Positions 8,756 through 18,838 of a stretch of DNA of 46,341 nt are shown here, one piece after another. Source of the stretch: Chloroflexota bacterium (GTDB lineage: Bacteria > Chloroflexota > Dehalococcoidia > E44-bin15); NCBI GenBank assembly GCA_015222405.1, contig JADFVG010000057.1, forward strand, positions 1 through 46,341, given 5' to 3'. How positions within the stretch are numbered: the stretch's first letter is position 1; each line of letters opens with the position of its first letter. The notes beneath the pieces were generated by a model. That model saw only the letters and a list, made by a program, of their open reading frames with translations. It had not been told where the DNA came from and ran no database searches. The translations under genes and the position numbers were made by a program.

Positions 8756-10225
8756 ATGTCTAAAGCTTTTCAGGTACCAAAAAACCCAGATGAGGTAATG
8801 AAGTGGATCAATAGTATCCCAATGTACAGAGAGGACCATCCTTACGATCTCTCTTTTAAGAGCCCGCAGGAGATACTGGACGTTCAGAATTCTAAGCTTC
8901 AAAAGCAGATGGAGCGTCTGGAAAAGCTTAGTCCGTTCTATCGGGAAAAATTCAAGGAATGGGGGATTGATCCAAAATCTATCAAGACTGTCGATGATCT
9001 GGAGAAGGTTCCATTGACTAGCAAAGCTGACTTTATGGCTGACGCGGGGGAATCATTCAAATTGGACATGGATTTTGACAATATTATGGAATACATCCTC
9101 TATGATGTTACGTATACTACAGGGACTACAACAGGCATGCCATCTCGTTTCTATAATACCACTTATGATATGTTTATGCTCTCTTGGATGTTTAGGGTTG
9201 GCTGCAAGATAGGCTATCTTGAACCCGACGACATCCTTATGAATCTTTTCCCCTTTCATTTTATCCCCCATATCGGCTTTTACCGAACTTGGCACTTTGC
9301 TGCTGCTGCAGGGATGACCCTCGCCTTTGGATTCACAGGGGCTCCCCTTCCCGGCTTTCCACACAACATCCACCGCTCCATGCAACAGGCCATCGAAGAC
9401 ATCGAGACAAAGAAAGTGAATGCCCTGTCTGGAATTGGTTCCTATATCAGGCGTCTGATTATGACAGCAGAGGAGCAGGGCAGGGATTTCTCTAGGCTCA
9501 ATAAGATTCAGGCATTAGGAGAGCCAGTGCCTCAAGGGATGCGGATTGATATGAGAAGACGTCTCCAGAATATGGGAGCAGAAGAGGTCTTCATAAGTAA
9601 TGCCTTTGGATTTACTGAGGCCCAGACTGCCTTTCAGGAATGTACTGAATTAGGTGGTGCTCACACAGGGGTACCGGAGGTGTACTTCCTAGAGGTAGTT
9701 GACGAAGAAACCGGCAAGCGAAAACCTGATGGAAAACCTGGACTTCTTACCATTACGCACCTTGACCGGAGGGGGACTTGCCTGCTCAGGTATTTAGTAG
9801 GAGACATTGTGGCCATAACGCATGAAACATGTCCACACTGCGGACGCAATGATGCCCGTATTATAATAGCCGTAGGTAGCACCTATGGCACCAGGACAAA
9901 GGAACTGCTCAAGGTCAAAGGGACCCTTATCAATGCTGAGTCCATGCGTGATGCTGTGGCTAATACTGAAGGTGTGTCGGAGTATCAGTTTATTATCACA
10001 AAGGAAAGGAAAGACGATCCTTATTCTATGGATCTATTGAAACTTAAAGTAGGGGTCGAAAAGGGTGTGGATCGCAAGAAGTTAGAGGCTATCTTGATTG
10101 ATAAGGTCCAGCGTGCTGTAGAACTAAGACCGAAAATAGAATTTGTAGAAGACCTCTCACAGATCTTCAGTCCAGATGAGACTCTTAAGGCAACCAGGGT
10201 CATAGATGAAAGGCCGATGGAGTGA
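8756..10225 (+). CDS. PaaK / coenzyme F390 synthetase-like adenylate-forming enzyme (ANL superfamily)
   Basis: YTTGTTTGMPS AMP-binding P-loop-like motif and overall PaaK-like layout. Contains a CPHCG insertion. I moved the start to ATG 8756 (GGGGGTG 5 nt upstream) from the track start at 8735. Confidence 0.8.
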   Translation: MSKAFQVPKNPDEVMKWINSIPMYREDHPYDLSFKSPQEILDVQNSKLQKQMERLEKLSPFYREKFKEWGIDPKSIKTVDDLEKVPLTSKADFMADAGESFKLDMDFDNIMEYILYDVTYTTGTTTGMPSRFYNTTYDMFMLSWMFRVGCKIGYLEPDDILMNLFPFHFIPHIGFYRTWHFAAAAGMTLAFGFTGAPLPGFPHNIHRSMQQAIEDIETKKVNALSGIGSYIRRLIMTAEEQGRDFSRLNKIQALGEPVPQGMRIDMRRRLQNMGAEEVFISNAFGFTEAQTAFQECTELGGAHTGVPEVYFLEVVDEETGKRKPDGKPGLLTITHLDRRGTCLLRYLVGDIVAITHETCPHCGRNDARIIIAVGSTYGTRTKELLKVKGTLINAESMRDAVANTEGVSEYQFIITKERKDDPYSMDLLKLKVGVEKGVDRKKLEAILIDKVQRAVELRPKIEFVEDLSQIFSPDETLKATRVIDERPME

Positions 10226-10351
10226 GGGACTAACCTTTGTTCTGTAACAACGTAATAAAAGTCGGGAATGAAATAGGCCTGTGGCAAATTTGGTTAACAT
10301 GTCAAGGAGCTAACATCTCCCCTCCATCCCCCTGAAGACCCGACAGGTGAC

Positions 10352-10427
<76 letters not shown>

Positions 10428-11010
10428 TCTCTTGTATCCGTGGTGCTTTATTTTAACACCTCCTCGTCGCCCTCGCAAGTGAAGCCTGGTCGTCTACGTC
10501 GTCCTCTCAGCTTGCCGAGCTTTGGTTGAAATCTCTCGAATCCGAGCTCATTCTTCGTGGTAGGTGTTACACTGTAACGTTAGCTTTCCTGGGGGATAAA
10601 TGCTGACAATCTGTAGCGCTTCTGCTAATATTATCTGGAGGGATCACGAAAGGAGTTCTAATATCCTAAGCTGGGGGTATGAGATGAGTGCGAGACGATT
10701 GCTCGCGGTAATACTTTCTCTGGGCATCTTGTTTGTCGTGCTGCGCCTGCGCCGCAGTCGTGCCAGGCAACGAGAGCACGGAGAATGAAGGCCTGGAGCG
10801 GGGGTCGATAGCCAAAACATGCTACGATCCATGGTCACGGTCGCATGTTGATATGTAGCTATAACCTCTGGGGCAGGTGGGCCCGCCTCAGCTTGACAGA
10901 TAAGCTTTATCACGGTAAATTGTACTGAATAGACGATCCGGGAGTCTGACGATAGGGGTAGTAGTGGGCATTATTTACACTTGGGATAACGGGTTTCGGA
11001 GATCACACCC

Positions 11011-11424
11011 ATGAGATGTCCTGCCTGCAAAAATCTAATGATAGTGGTTGAGCATGAGCAGATCGAGCTTGATTATTGCGTGAACTGCTCGGGGGTCTGG
11101 TTCGATGCCGGTGAACTGGCGCTCTTACTAGAGACCATGCAACTGGAAGGGACCGGCATATCAGTGGATAGTGTCCTCACATCACCTGAAGCGAAATCGT
11201 CCGAGAAGAAGCGGAGGTGCCCGATCTGTGGCCACAAAATGAAAAAGGCAACAGTGGGTCATGAGCCAGAGGTGCTTATCGATGCCTGCCCCCGGGGAGA
11301 CGGGCTGTGGTTTGACAGCGGGGAGGTTGGCCAGCTGATAACACAGCTATCCGACAAGCCATCCGAGGAATCAGACTCACAAGGACGCGTTATCACCTTC
11401 CTGGGAGAGGTGTTTAGAGTCTAG
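11011..11424 (+). CDS. zinc-ribbon protein with two TFIIB-type zf repeats
   Basis: CPACK...CVNCSGVWFDAGEL and CPICGH...CPRGDGLWFDSGEV are two copies of the CxxC...C..G.WFD..E pattern. Confidence 0.7.
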   Translation: MRCPACKNLMIVVEHEQIELDYCVNCSGVWFDAGELALLLETMQLEGTGISVDSVLTSPEAKSSEKKRRCPICGHKMKKATVGHEPEVLIDACPRGDGLWFDSGEVGQLITQLSDKPSEESDSQGRVITFLGEVFRV

Positions 11425-11551
11425 GACTAAGCTAGGCAGGGAGGAGGTAGCCGGGTAGCGTATTACTCCATCTGCCAAGAGGCTGGGGGCTCCTAATTGT
11501 AAGAGCCTCTGAGAGCTATACAGAAAACGAAAATCATTATGGAGGTTTTGA

Positions 11552-12115
11552 ATGATTGCGATCTATATCATCATCGGCATCGTGGTGCTTCTGCTTCTCA
11601 TCTTTGTCGGGATCTATAACAGCTTGGTCAGGCTGCGCAACCAGGTGAGGAACGCCTGGGCACAGATCGATGTCCAACTCAAGAGAAGGCATGATCTCAT
11701 CCCCAACCTGATGGAGACGGTTAAAGGTTATATGAAGCACGAGCGAGAGACATTGGAAGCGGTTACCAATGCCCGCAACCTGGCCCAGGGGGCAATCGGT
11801 AAAGGTGTTGGTGCCCAGTCCAAAGCTGAGGGTGAGCTCAGCGGGGCCCTGTCCAAGCTGCTGGCCGTGGTTGAGAACTACCCCGACCTGAAAGCCAACC
11901 AGAACTTCCTCGCTCTCCAGGAGGAGTTGACCTCGACTGAGAACAAGATAGGCTTCTCACGCCAGTTCTACAACGATTCAGTACTGGGCTATAACAATAA
12001 GACCCAGATGTTCCCCTCCAATGTAGTAGCAGGTGCAACTGGCTTCAAAGCCGGCGAATTCTTCGAGGTTGAGGTAGCCGCAGAGAGGGAAGCGCCCAAG
12101 GTTAGTTTCAGTTAG
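11552..12115 (+). CDS. lemA: LemA family membrane protein
   Basis: N-terminal TM helix, then YNSLVRLRNQVRNAWAQIDVQLKRRHDLIPNL and the YPDLKAN..F..LQ signature. Confidence 0.9.
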   Translation: MIAIYIIIGIVVLLLLIFVGIYNSLVRLRNQVRNAWAQIDVQLKRRHDLIPNLMETVKGYMKHERETLEAVTNARNLAQGAIGKGVGAQSKAEGELSGALSKLLAVVENYPDLKANQNFLALQEELTSTENKIGFSRQFYNDSVLGYNNKTQMFPSNVVAGATGFKAGEFFEVEVAAEREAPKVSFS

Positions 12116-12132
12116 CCAAGAGACACTCAGCT

Positions 12133-13347
12133 ATGTGGGAACAGATTAGATTTAATCAGATCAGGTCGGCAATACTGGTGGCAGCGATGGCAGTGCTGCT
12201 GCTTGTGATTGGCTATTTCCTGGGACTAGTGTTCCTGAATAGCGCTATTGCTGGTCTGATCATAGCCCTTGTGATATGGATGGTGATGAACCTGATCGCT
12301 TTCTTCCAGGGGGACAATATATTTCTGGCGCTGTCCAAAGCAAGGAAAATAGAGCGCGATGACCATCCCCGCCTCTTTAACATAGTTGAGGAGATGAGGA
12401 TTGCCTCGGGCCTGGAGAAGATGCCCGACATCTACATCATCGATGACCCGGCGCTTAATGCGTTCGCCGCTGGCCGGGATCCCAAGCGGGCTTCTATCGC
12501 TGTAACCTCGGGGCTTCTGCAAAAGCTCAACCGCGATGAATTGCAGGGCGTCATCGGACACGAAATGGCTCACATAAAGAATCGCGATGTACTGTTGATG
12601 GCGATGTGCGGTGTCCTTCTGGGGACCATCGTTATTCTGGCCTGGTACGCAACACGCATGCTCTTCTTTGGCGCCATGTTTGGCGGGAGGAGAAGCTCCT
12701 CAGGGGGAGGCGGCCAGGCACAGTTGATAATCTTTGCCGTAGGAATCATCTTGATGATACTGGCGCCAATTGCGGCTTACCTGATCTACTTCGCCATTTC
12801 CAGGAAGAGGGAATACCTGGCCGATGCCTCCTCTGCCCTATATACCAGATACCCGGATGGACTGGCCTCGGCGCTGGAAAAGCTTGGCGGTTCAACCGCA
12901 CAACTGCAATCGGCTAACCAGGCTACGGCCCCAATGTACATCATTAATCCCTTCCGCAAGAAAGGAAAAGCAGCCAGCGATCTCACCAGCACCCACCCCC
13001 CTATCTCGGAGCGGATACGAATCCTACGCTCGATGGCTGGGGGTGCCTCTCTTGCTGATTATGATACGGCTTACCGTCAGGTCCGCAAGGGCAGGAGGGG
13101 GTTTGTTTCCGCCTCTGCCATCGCCAGCGTCGGTGCCGTTGGGCTGCGGGAAGCAGAGCCGGAAGCTGCGCGGAGAGAGCCCGAACCAGACAAGGTGGAA
13201 CGCACTCGCGAGGTCTCAGACCTGATGTGGCGGCTCAACGATTATAGAACTATCATCTGCGATTGCGGCACGAAGTTGAAGGTGCCACCCAAACTCAAAA
13301 GGGTCAACGTCAAATGTCCGCATTGTGGCCGTATCAACCCGATATGA
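12133..13347 (+). CDS. M48 family Zn-metalloprotease (HtpX-like) with a C-terminal zinc ribbon
   Basis: HEMAH (HEXXH) at GHEMAHIKNRD, with multiple TM segments. The C-terminal CDCG...CPHCG is a Cys4 ribbon. Starts 18 nt after lemA. Confidence 0.85.
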   Translation: MWEQIRFNQIRSAILVAAMAVLLLVIGYFLGLVFLNSAIAGLIIALVIWMVMNLIAFFQGDNIFLALSKARKIERDDHPRLFNIVEEMRIASGLEKMPDIYIIDDPALNAFAAGRDPKRASIAVTSGLLQKLNRDELQGVIGHEMAHIKNRDVLLMAMCGVLLGTIVILAWYATRMLFFGAMFGGRRSSSGGGGQAQLIIFAVGIILMILAPIAAYLIYFAISRKREYLADASSALYTRYPDGLASALEKLGGSTAQLQSANQATAPMYIINPFRKKGKAASDLTSTHPPISERIRILRSMAGGASLADYDTAYRQVRKGRRGFVSASAIASVGAVGLREAEPEAARREPEPDKVERTREVSDLMWRLNDYRTIICDCGTKLKVPPKLKRVNVKCPHCGRINPI

Positions 13348-13603
13348 GATCGAGGAAAGAAACAGCATGGGGAAGTGTCCCACATCCAGATATTGAAGCT
13401 GGGAACCTCTCATCCCTGATTTAGGCGGACGCAGAGACAAGCATCTGGGAGCGGTCTATATTAGCCAGTGTCAGAGCTCCCTCTAGGGAGAGAGTCAAGC
13501 TGCGCAGAAAGCAGGCGTGATTTTTGCTGTTTGGTTGAAGAGCTAACTTTTTGTAAAGCCCTGGGTGAAGCCTCGGGGCTTTCTATTTGACAGGAGCTGA
13601 GGA

Positions 13604-14887
13604 ATGTCATCGGAGAGGGCAAAGCGAGGGTTTTTCTACGGCTGGGTAATAGTGATGGCTGCCTGGCTGGCAATGTTTGTTGGCTCCGCGGCCAGCACTT
13701 CCTTCGCTATATTCGGCCCCGAGCTGGAGGACGAATTTGGCTGGACCAGGGGCGCGCTTTCTCTGGGCTTTACCCTGAACGTGATTCTGGCGTCAATATT
13801 CGGACTGGTGGCCGGCGTGTTGGTCGACAGAATCGGACCGAAAAGGACGGTGATAATAGGTGCTGTCATAGGAAGTCTGGGCATCGCCTTATTAAGCCAA
13901 GTAAATCAGATTTGGCATTTTTATATCTTTTACGGTGTCATTGCCTCGATTGGACTGGCTTTGTCCTATTTTCTTCCTACAGTGGCTACTGTAAGGAGAT
14001 GGTTTATGCGCAGAGCGGCCCTGGCGCTAGCTATAGCGCTCACGGGTTCGGGGTTGGGAATCGTGCTTCTATTGCCCGCGGTCAACCTGATGATAGATGC
14101 TTTCGGCTGGCGCACTGCCTACCTAGCTCTTGGGCTCATCACGCTTGGAGGCCTCCTCACTGCGGGCATGCTGTTGAAAAAAGACCCCGAGTCGGCGGGG
14201 ACCTATCCCGATGGCATTGAGCCCGAGCCTGCTGAGGTGGCTGCCAGAGCTGACTTCAGCGCCCGCACTGAGCAATGGTCTGTAGGGGAGACTCTAAGGA
14301 CCCGCAGCTGGTGGTTTCTCATCGGGGCCCATTTCTATGAGATAGCGCTAATTGGGATACTGGCTCACCTTGTTTTCTGGGCTGAAGACTTGGATTTGAG
14401 CCGGGATACTGCGGTGAGCATCCTCAGCCTTTATGTGCTGGCAGCGGTGTTCGGCAGGCTTTTTTCTGGCTACATCTCCGATTGGTACATGGCGCGGTTC
14501 AAGATTTCACGAAAGCCAGTCCTTTATGTTTGCACCATTGGCGTAGGCCTGGGATGCTTTTTGGCCATCGGAGTTAGCAGTGCAACATCTCTTCTCCTGG
14601 TCTGCCTGTTGATCGGTTTTTGCTACGGAACCGGCCTCTCGGTATTTCCTACATACGTGGGAGACCTCTTTGGGGTAATGAATGTACCCACACTTTTTGG
14701 CGTTCTGGGGTTGGTTGTAGGGGGATTATTTGCCTCGATCGGTCCCGTGCTCTACGGATTCATACACGACGCCACTGAGAGCTATGATGTGGCGTTCCTC
14801 ATCGTTGGGATACTTTGCCTCATATCAGCGGTATCACTGTTCCTGATCAAGGTGCCGGTGAAAAAGAAAGCACTGCCCTCGTCCTAG
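13604..14887 (+). CDS. MFS transporter
   Basis: 427 aa with about 12 hydrophobic segments, a D-R-x-G-P-K-R loop (LVDRIGPKR) after TM2, and a central hydrophilic loop. Confidence 0.85.
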   Translation: MSSERAKRGFFYGWVIVMAAWLAMFVGSAASTSFAIFGPELEDEFGWTRGALSLGFTLNVILASIFGLVAGVLVDRIGPKRTVIIGAVIGSLGIALLSQVNQIWHFYIFYGVIASIGLALSYFLPTVATVRRWFMRRAALALAIALTGSGLGIVLLLPAVNLMIDAFGWRTAYLALGLITLGGLLTAGMLLKKDPESAGTYPDGIEPEPAEVAARADFSARTEQWSVGETLRTRSWWFLIGAHFYEIALIGILAHLVFWAEDLDLSRDTAVSILSLYVLAAVFGRLFSGYISDWYMARFKISRKPVLYVCTIGVGLGCFLAIGVSSATSLLLVCLLIGFCYGTGLSVFPTYVGDLFGVMNVPTLFGVLGLVVGGLFASIGPVLYGFIHDATESYDVAFLIVGILCLISAVSLFLIKVPVKKKALPSS

Positions 14888-15272
14888 CCTCCCCCCTTCT
14901 TTTCGCTCCGTCTGAAGCTCCTTTATCCGCTCCACGATGAACGGTAGCACCTTTCCCGATGGCACCCTGAGTACTACATCACAGGCATTTAAAAGGAAGC
15001 TTGACTGCTAGCGGTTACATATGTAATACTTCACCAATGTATTATTTCACCAATAGCGAACAGGGTCGGAAACGGCCCTGTTTAATAATGGTCGAAATGG
15101 GAAATCCCGGCTAAAATGCGAATCTCGCTTTGCCGGAGGCTGCATAGATGGTGGCGCCAGCGAAACGGGGCGAGCGTTAGACTGAAGGAAAGGTGGTGAT
15201 GCCGATAGCAATAGTTGAGAAGTAAACTGGCCGTTGATACTTTCGATTATTTTAGAAAGGAGAGTCTGATTC

Positions 15273-15869
15273 TTGGAAGAGATTTCCTTAGTTGGTGGTC
15301 CTAACCCCACATTTATGGGCTTGCTCTTCCTTGGTGTTGCTGCCCTGATTACGGGCCTTTTCTTCATGGGCCGCGATCATGGGGCAGACAAGAAAGCTGC
15401 AATGCTCGGGGTTACCACCGTACAGAAGTACATGGGAATAGCCATGCTGCTTGTCGCCTTCTTCCTCTTCCTGACCGACCCCTTCAAGAGCACAGCGGCG
15501 ACAGCATGGGTGGGCTCCCTGTTTGGTGCCTTGGGTTTTGTCTTCATAATGATAGGCAAAATCCTGGCCGATGATGCTGAACACCTGCTTATATCCACCA
15601 TACTTGGGGCATCAGCGCTTCTTATCGGTGCCTTTGCAGGCATCTGCTTCGCTGCCCCTGGATTCGCCCTAAGAGGGTTACATGCAGATTTTCTGGCCCT
15701 ATTTGTCATCGCTTCAACGGCCTGCCTCTGGGGCGCCCTAGCCATACGCAACATAAAGCCTTTTGGCATGAAAGGCTTCGGTTTCTGGTTCGTTCTAGTA
15801 GGCCTTGACGCTTTCTACATGGGTGTCAGGTACCTGTTCGCCGTCATGGGCACGGGAGACATCGTTTAG
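15273..15869 (+). CDS. polytopic membrane protein of unknown function
   Basis: 198-aa ORF, almost entirely hydrophobic helices. TTG start with GAAAGGAGAG upstream; an alternative start is ATG 15315. Family not recognised (an AmiS/UreI-like size and topology is only a guess). Confidence 0.6.
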   Translation: MEEISLVGGPNPTFMGLLFLGVAALITGLFFMGRDHGADKKAAMLGVTTVQKYMGIAMLLVAFFLFLTDPFKSTAATAWVGSLFGALGFVFIMIGKILADDAEHLLISTILGASALLIGAFAGICFAAPGFALRGLHADFLALFVIASTACLWGALAIRNIKPFGMKGFGFWFVLVGLDAFYMGVRYLFAVMGTGDIV

Positions 15870-15986
15870 GATACAAGCCGGGATTTCCCATTTATAAAAT
15901 TGGGGATGCACCATTGAGGGAAGTTGTCTAATCTCAATGGTGCATCCTTAAATGTTACACCCCCCGCCTATCCCACGAACCTGACT

Positions 15987-17273
15987 CTAACGGAATTCTA
16001 CTTTAATCATGTGGGCAGAGCATGAGATACAGGGGTCGTAAGCTCTGACCAGCATCTCCAGCAGCAGCTTTATCTCATTCTCAGGCTTGTTCAGGATTTG
16101 GGGCACCAAGGCTTCAAAATCCTTTTGAATGCTGTTGTGATTTTGATTGGTGGGGATGACGCAGTTGGCTTCCTTAAGGATGCCGCGCTCATCAAAGGTA
16201 TAATCGTGGAACAGGATGCCGCGAGGCGCCTCTACTGCCCCTATGCCCCTTCCTGCCTTGACCTGGATATCGGGCTTCTCTTCCTTGAGGCCGCGAGCCA
16301 GGAGCTGGTCGATGAGGTCGATGGCATGCTCGGTGACATAGATAGCCTCCACCAACTGGGCCACGTTGTTCATGTAAGGGTTGTGGCAGATTGCCTTGAG
16401 CCCCAGCTCCTCGGCTGCCTCCTTCGCCCGCGGCGAAAGCTGCTCGTGATTGTTATTGAATCGGGCCAGCGCCCCCACGGCATAGGATTCTCGATTGTGC
16501 TTGGCGTACTTGGCGGTGGAGTGGGGGACGCAGAACTCATTGGTCATCTCCAGGTAATTGGCTACCGGGGTGGTGCCAGTATCGGTGGAGGATATATCCC
16601 CTGAGATGAAGGCATATTCGGTGGGGTCCTTAAGGGCGATAAACTCTGTCTCTCGCTCAAACTGGGGAATCTTGAGTGTCTTGAAGAGCTCTACCGTGGC
16701 CTGGTGGTCATTCATGGCATCCTTCAGCCGCTTTTGAATCGCCCTCAGTTCCTCGGGCTTGGGCAGCTTGGCAAAGCCGTCAACCATCGGCTGGATGGGG
16801 TGGGTCTTCCTGCCACAGACTATGTCGGCGAGGTCGTTAGCCAGCTTCTTCAGCCGCAGCGCCATTAGTACCACATCCTTGTGGGTCTCCACCAAGGGGA
16901 AAACGCTACCTACCCCCAAAAGGTCGGGGGCTGTCAGGAAGTAGTAGTGAAGCACATGGCTCTGCAGGGTCTCGGCATCGTAAAGCAGCTTCCTCAGCAG
17001 CAATGTCTGTTCCGAGGGCACGATACCGAAGGCATTCTCACAGGCCTGAATGGAGCATGTGGAGTGGGCCAGGGAGCAGATGCCGCAGATTCGGGGAGCG
17101 ATAATGATCACATCGTCATATCTCCGGCCGCGAAGCATGGCCTCGAAGAAGCGGGGTGACTCAACGACCTCCCACCTCAATTCCTCGATATTGCCATTCT
17201 TGGCATTGAGCACGATATTACCGTGTCCCTCAACCCGGGTAACGTGATGGACATTGATGTTTATCTCTTTCAC
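15987..17273 (-). CDS. hydA: [NiFe]-hydrogenase large subunit, group 3b (sulfhydrogenase alpha)
   Basis: N-terminal RICGICSLAHS and C-terminal DPCISCSAH Ni-binding motifs. The 428-aa size is typical of group 3. The ATGA overlap with the upstream gene indicates coupling. Confidence 0.9.
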   Translation of the reverse strand: MKEININVHHVTRVEGHGNIVLNAKNGNIEELRWEVVESPRFFEAMLRGRRYDDVIIIAPRICGICSLAHSTCSIQACENAFGIVPSEQTLLLRKLLYDAETLQSHVLHYYFLTAPDLLGVGSVFPLVETHKDVVLMALRLKKLANDLADIVCGRKTHPIQPMVDGFAKLPKPEELRAIQKRLKDAMNDHQATVELFKTLKIPQFERETEFIALKDPTEYAFISGDISSTDTGTTPVANYLEMTNEFCVPHSTAKYAKHNRESYAVGALARFNNNHEQLSPRAKEAAEELGLKAICHNPYMNNVAQLVEAIYVTEHAIDLIDQLLARGLKEEKPDIQVKAGRGIGAVEAPRGILFHDYTFDERGILKEANCVIPTNQNHNSIQKDFEALVPQILNKPENEIKLLLEMLVRAYDPCISCSAHMIKVEFR

Positions 17274-18007
17274 TTAGCTACCTCCGAATAGCCAAGGAAC
17301 ATCCTGAATTTGGCAATAATCTCCTCTGGGGTGAGGTTATATTTTGCCAGGATTTCCTTTTCTGAATCAGTGTTGGGGTCATCCACCAGACCGCGGCAGC
17401 CCCAGCAGGTGCGGCCATTGGTAACACAGAGAGCGTTACAGCCGGCCCTGGTCACCGGACCAACGCAGGTTTCCCCCTTTTCGAAGACGCAGATGTTACC
17501 CGCCATCTTGCACTCAACGCAGACGGGGTAGTTTGGTATTTCTGGTTTCTTGCCTGTGAGGAGTGCCTTTACCACCTTGACGAATTCCGACTGGGTCATG
17601 GGGCATCCCTGAACATAGTAATCGACGGGGACCACAGCATCTACCGGGCGGGCGGGGATGGTGTCATAGTAGTGGGCGGACTCCCCATAAACAATCCGCA
17701 GCACTTCTTCCATGGGGTAGAAGTTCTTAAGGCAGTTGATCCCGCCAATGCAGGCGCAGGCACCTATGGCCACCAATATTTTGGCCCGCTCCCTTATCTC
17801 CTTTATCCTGGCGACGTCCCTCTCGGTGGTGATGGCGCCATCGATGAAGGCGATGTCATAATCATCGCTCCTCTCTGTCATCGCCTCCCTGAAATTGACT
17901 ATATCGGCGGCGCTGATGATGTCCAAAAGCTCCTGCTCGAAATTGAGCACCTCCAGTTGACAGCCCTCGCAACCAGTGAAATCGAAGAACGCTAACCTGG
18001 GCTTCAT
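17270..18007 (-). CDS. hydD: [NiFe]-hydrogenase small subunit, group 3b (delta)
   Basis: FTGCEGCQ proximal-cluster motif, GACA.IGG and further Cys clusters. Its position immediately 5' of the large subunit supports the call. Confidence 0.85.
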   Translation of the reverse strand: MKPRLAFFDFTGCEGCQLEVLNFEQELLDIISAADIVNFREAMTERSDDYDIAFIDGAITTERDVARIKEIRERAKILVAIGACACIGGINCLKNFYPMEEVLRIVYGESAHYYDTIPARPVDAVVPVDYYVQGCPMTQSEFVKVVKALLTGKKPEIPNYPVCVECKMAGNICVFEKGETCVGPVTRAGCNALCVTNGRTCWGCRGLVDDPNTDSEKEILAKYNLTPEEIIAKFRMFLGYSEVAK

Positions 18008-18837
18008 CAGATTGCCTCCTCAAGATTCTTTAGCTCAGAGTAGGTGAACACTGGCCCCTCCTGACAGACATATACGTTATTGATCTGGCAATGCCCGCAT
18101 TTACCCACGCCACACTTCATCCTCCGCTCCAATGAGAGCAAGATCTGGTCATCCGGGATACCCTTATTCTTGCATTCTGCGATGACAAATCTGTACATCA
18201 CCGGCGGGCCAACAATTACGGCGTAGGTCTTCTCTGGAGCTATGGTGAATTGGGGGAAAAGGGTGGTAATGACTCCCACCTGCCCTTTCCAAGAGGGGTC
18301 CTCACAGCGGTCAACGGACTCGTAATACTCGAAGTCCTTGCTTGCTCTCCAGTGGTCAAGTTCACCGACGAAGAGCTGTTCCTGAAGGGTCCTGCAGCCA
18401 AAAAGGAGCAGCACCCGACCGAAGTCCTGCCTGTTGTCCTCGATGTAGTTGACCAGCGAGCGCAACGGCACGAGGCCGATGCCGCCGGCAACAATCAGGA
18501 CATCCTGGCCCTTGAGGCGGTCGAGGGGAAATCCGTTGCCAAAGGGGCCGCGAATGCCCACCGTTGCCCCTTTCTCCAGTCGATGCAGGGCGTTGGTCAC
18601 ATTGCCCACGGCCCTGACCCCGACCTCGAAGGAGCCCTTTTTAGTTGGGGATGATGAGATGGAGAGGGGAGCCTCTCCAACGCCAAAGATGGAGAGTTCC
18701 ACGAATTGCCCCGGCTGATGACCCAGCTCATCGCCATTCCTCAGCTTGAGCTCGAAAAGCCTCTCCCTCTCGGTGAGCCCCTCCGTTCTCACGAGTTCGG
18801 CCAGTTTGGGCAGGTAAATGGACTCCTTTTCCCTCAT
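18007..18837 (-). CDS. hydG: FAD/NAD(P)-binding, 2Fe-2S subunit (sulfhydrogenase gamma, AsrB-like)
   Basis: Ferredoxin-reductase-like fold strings (GQFVELS, AGGIGLVPL) and the C-terminal CGVGKCGHC cluster motif. Confidence 0.85.
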   Translation of the reverse strand: MREKESIYLPKLAELVRTEGLTERERLFELKLRNGDELGHQPGQFVELSIFGVGEAPLSISSSPTKKGSFEVGVRAVGNVTNALHRLEKGATVGIRGPFGNGFPLDRLKGQDVLIVAGGIGLVPLRSLVNYIEDNRQDFGRVLLLFGCRTLQEQLFVGELDHWRASKDFEYYESVDRCEDPSWKGQVGVITTLFPQFTIAPEKTYAVIVGPPVMYRFVIAECKNKGIPDDQILLSLERRMKCGVGKCGHCQINNVYVCQEGPVFTYSELKNLEEAI

Positions 18838-18838
18838 C

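Noticed and set aside
10684-10788. 34-aa single-TM peptide (MSARRLLAVILSLGILFVVLRLRRSRARQREHGE) as a called gene
   Set aside because: A plausible GGGGGT RBS and a TM helix are the only evidence, so it is mentioned only in a finding.
15085-15200. Assignment of the 15-kb leader to the cobalamin or Moco riboswitch classes
   Set aside because: There are superficial resemblances (GGGAAATCC, GAAGGAAAGGTG, GCCGGAGGC). But there is no B12 box or GCCACTG element and no convincing Moco core. It is kept only as an unclassified candidate.
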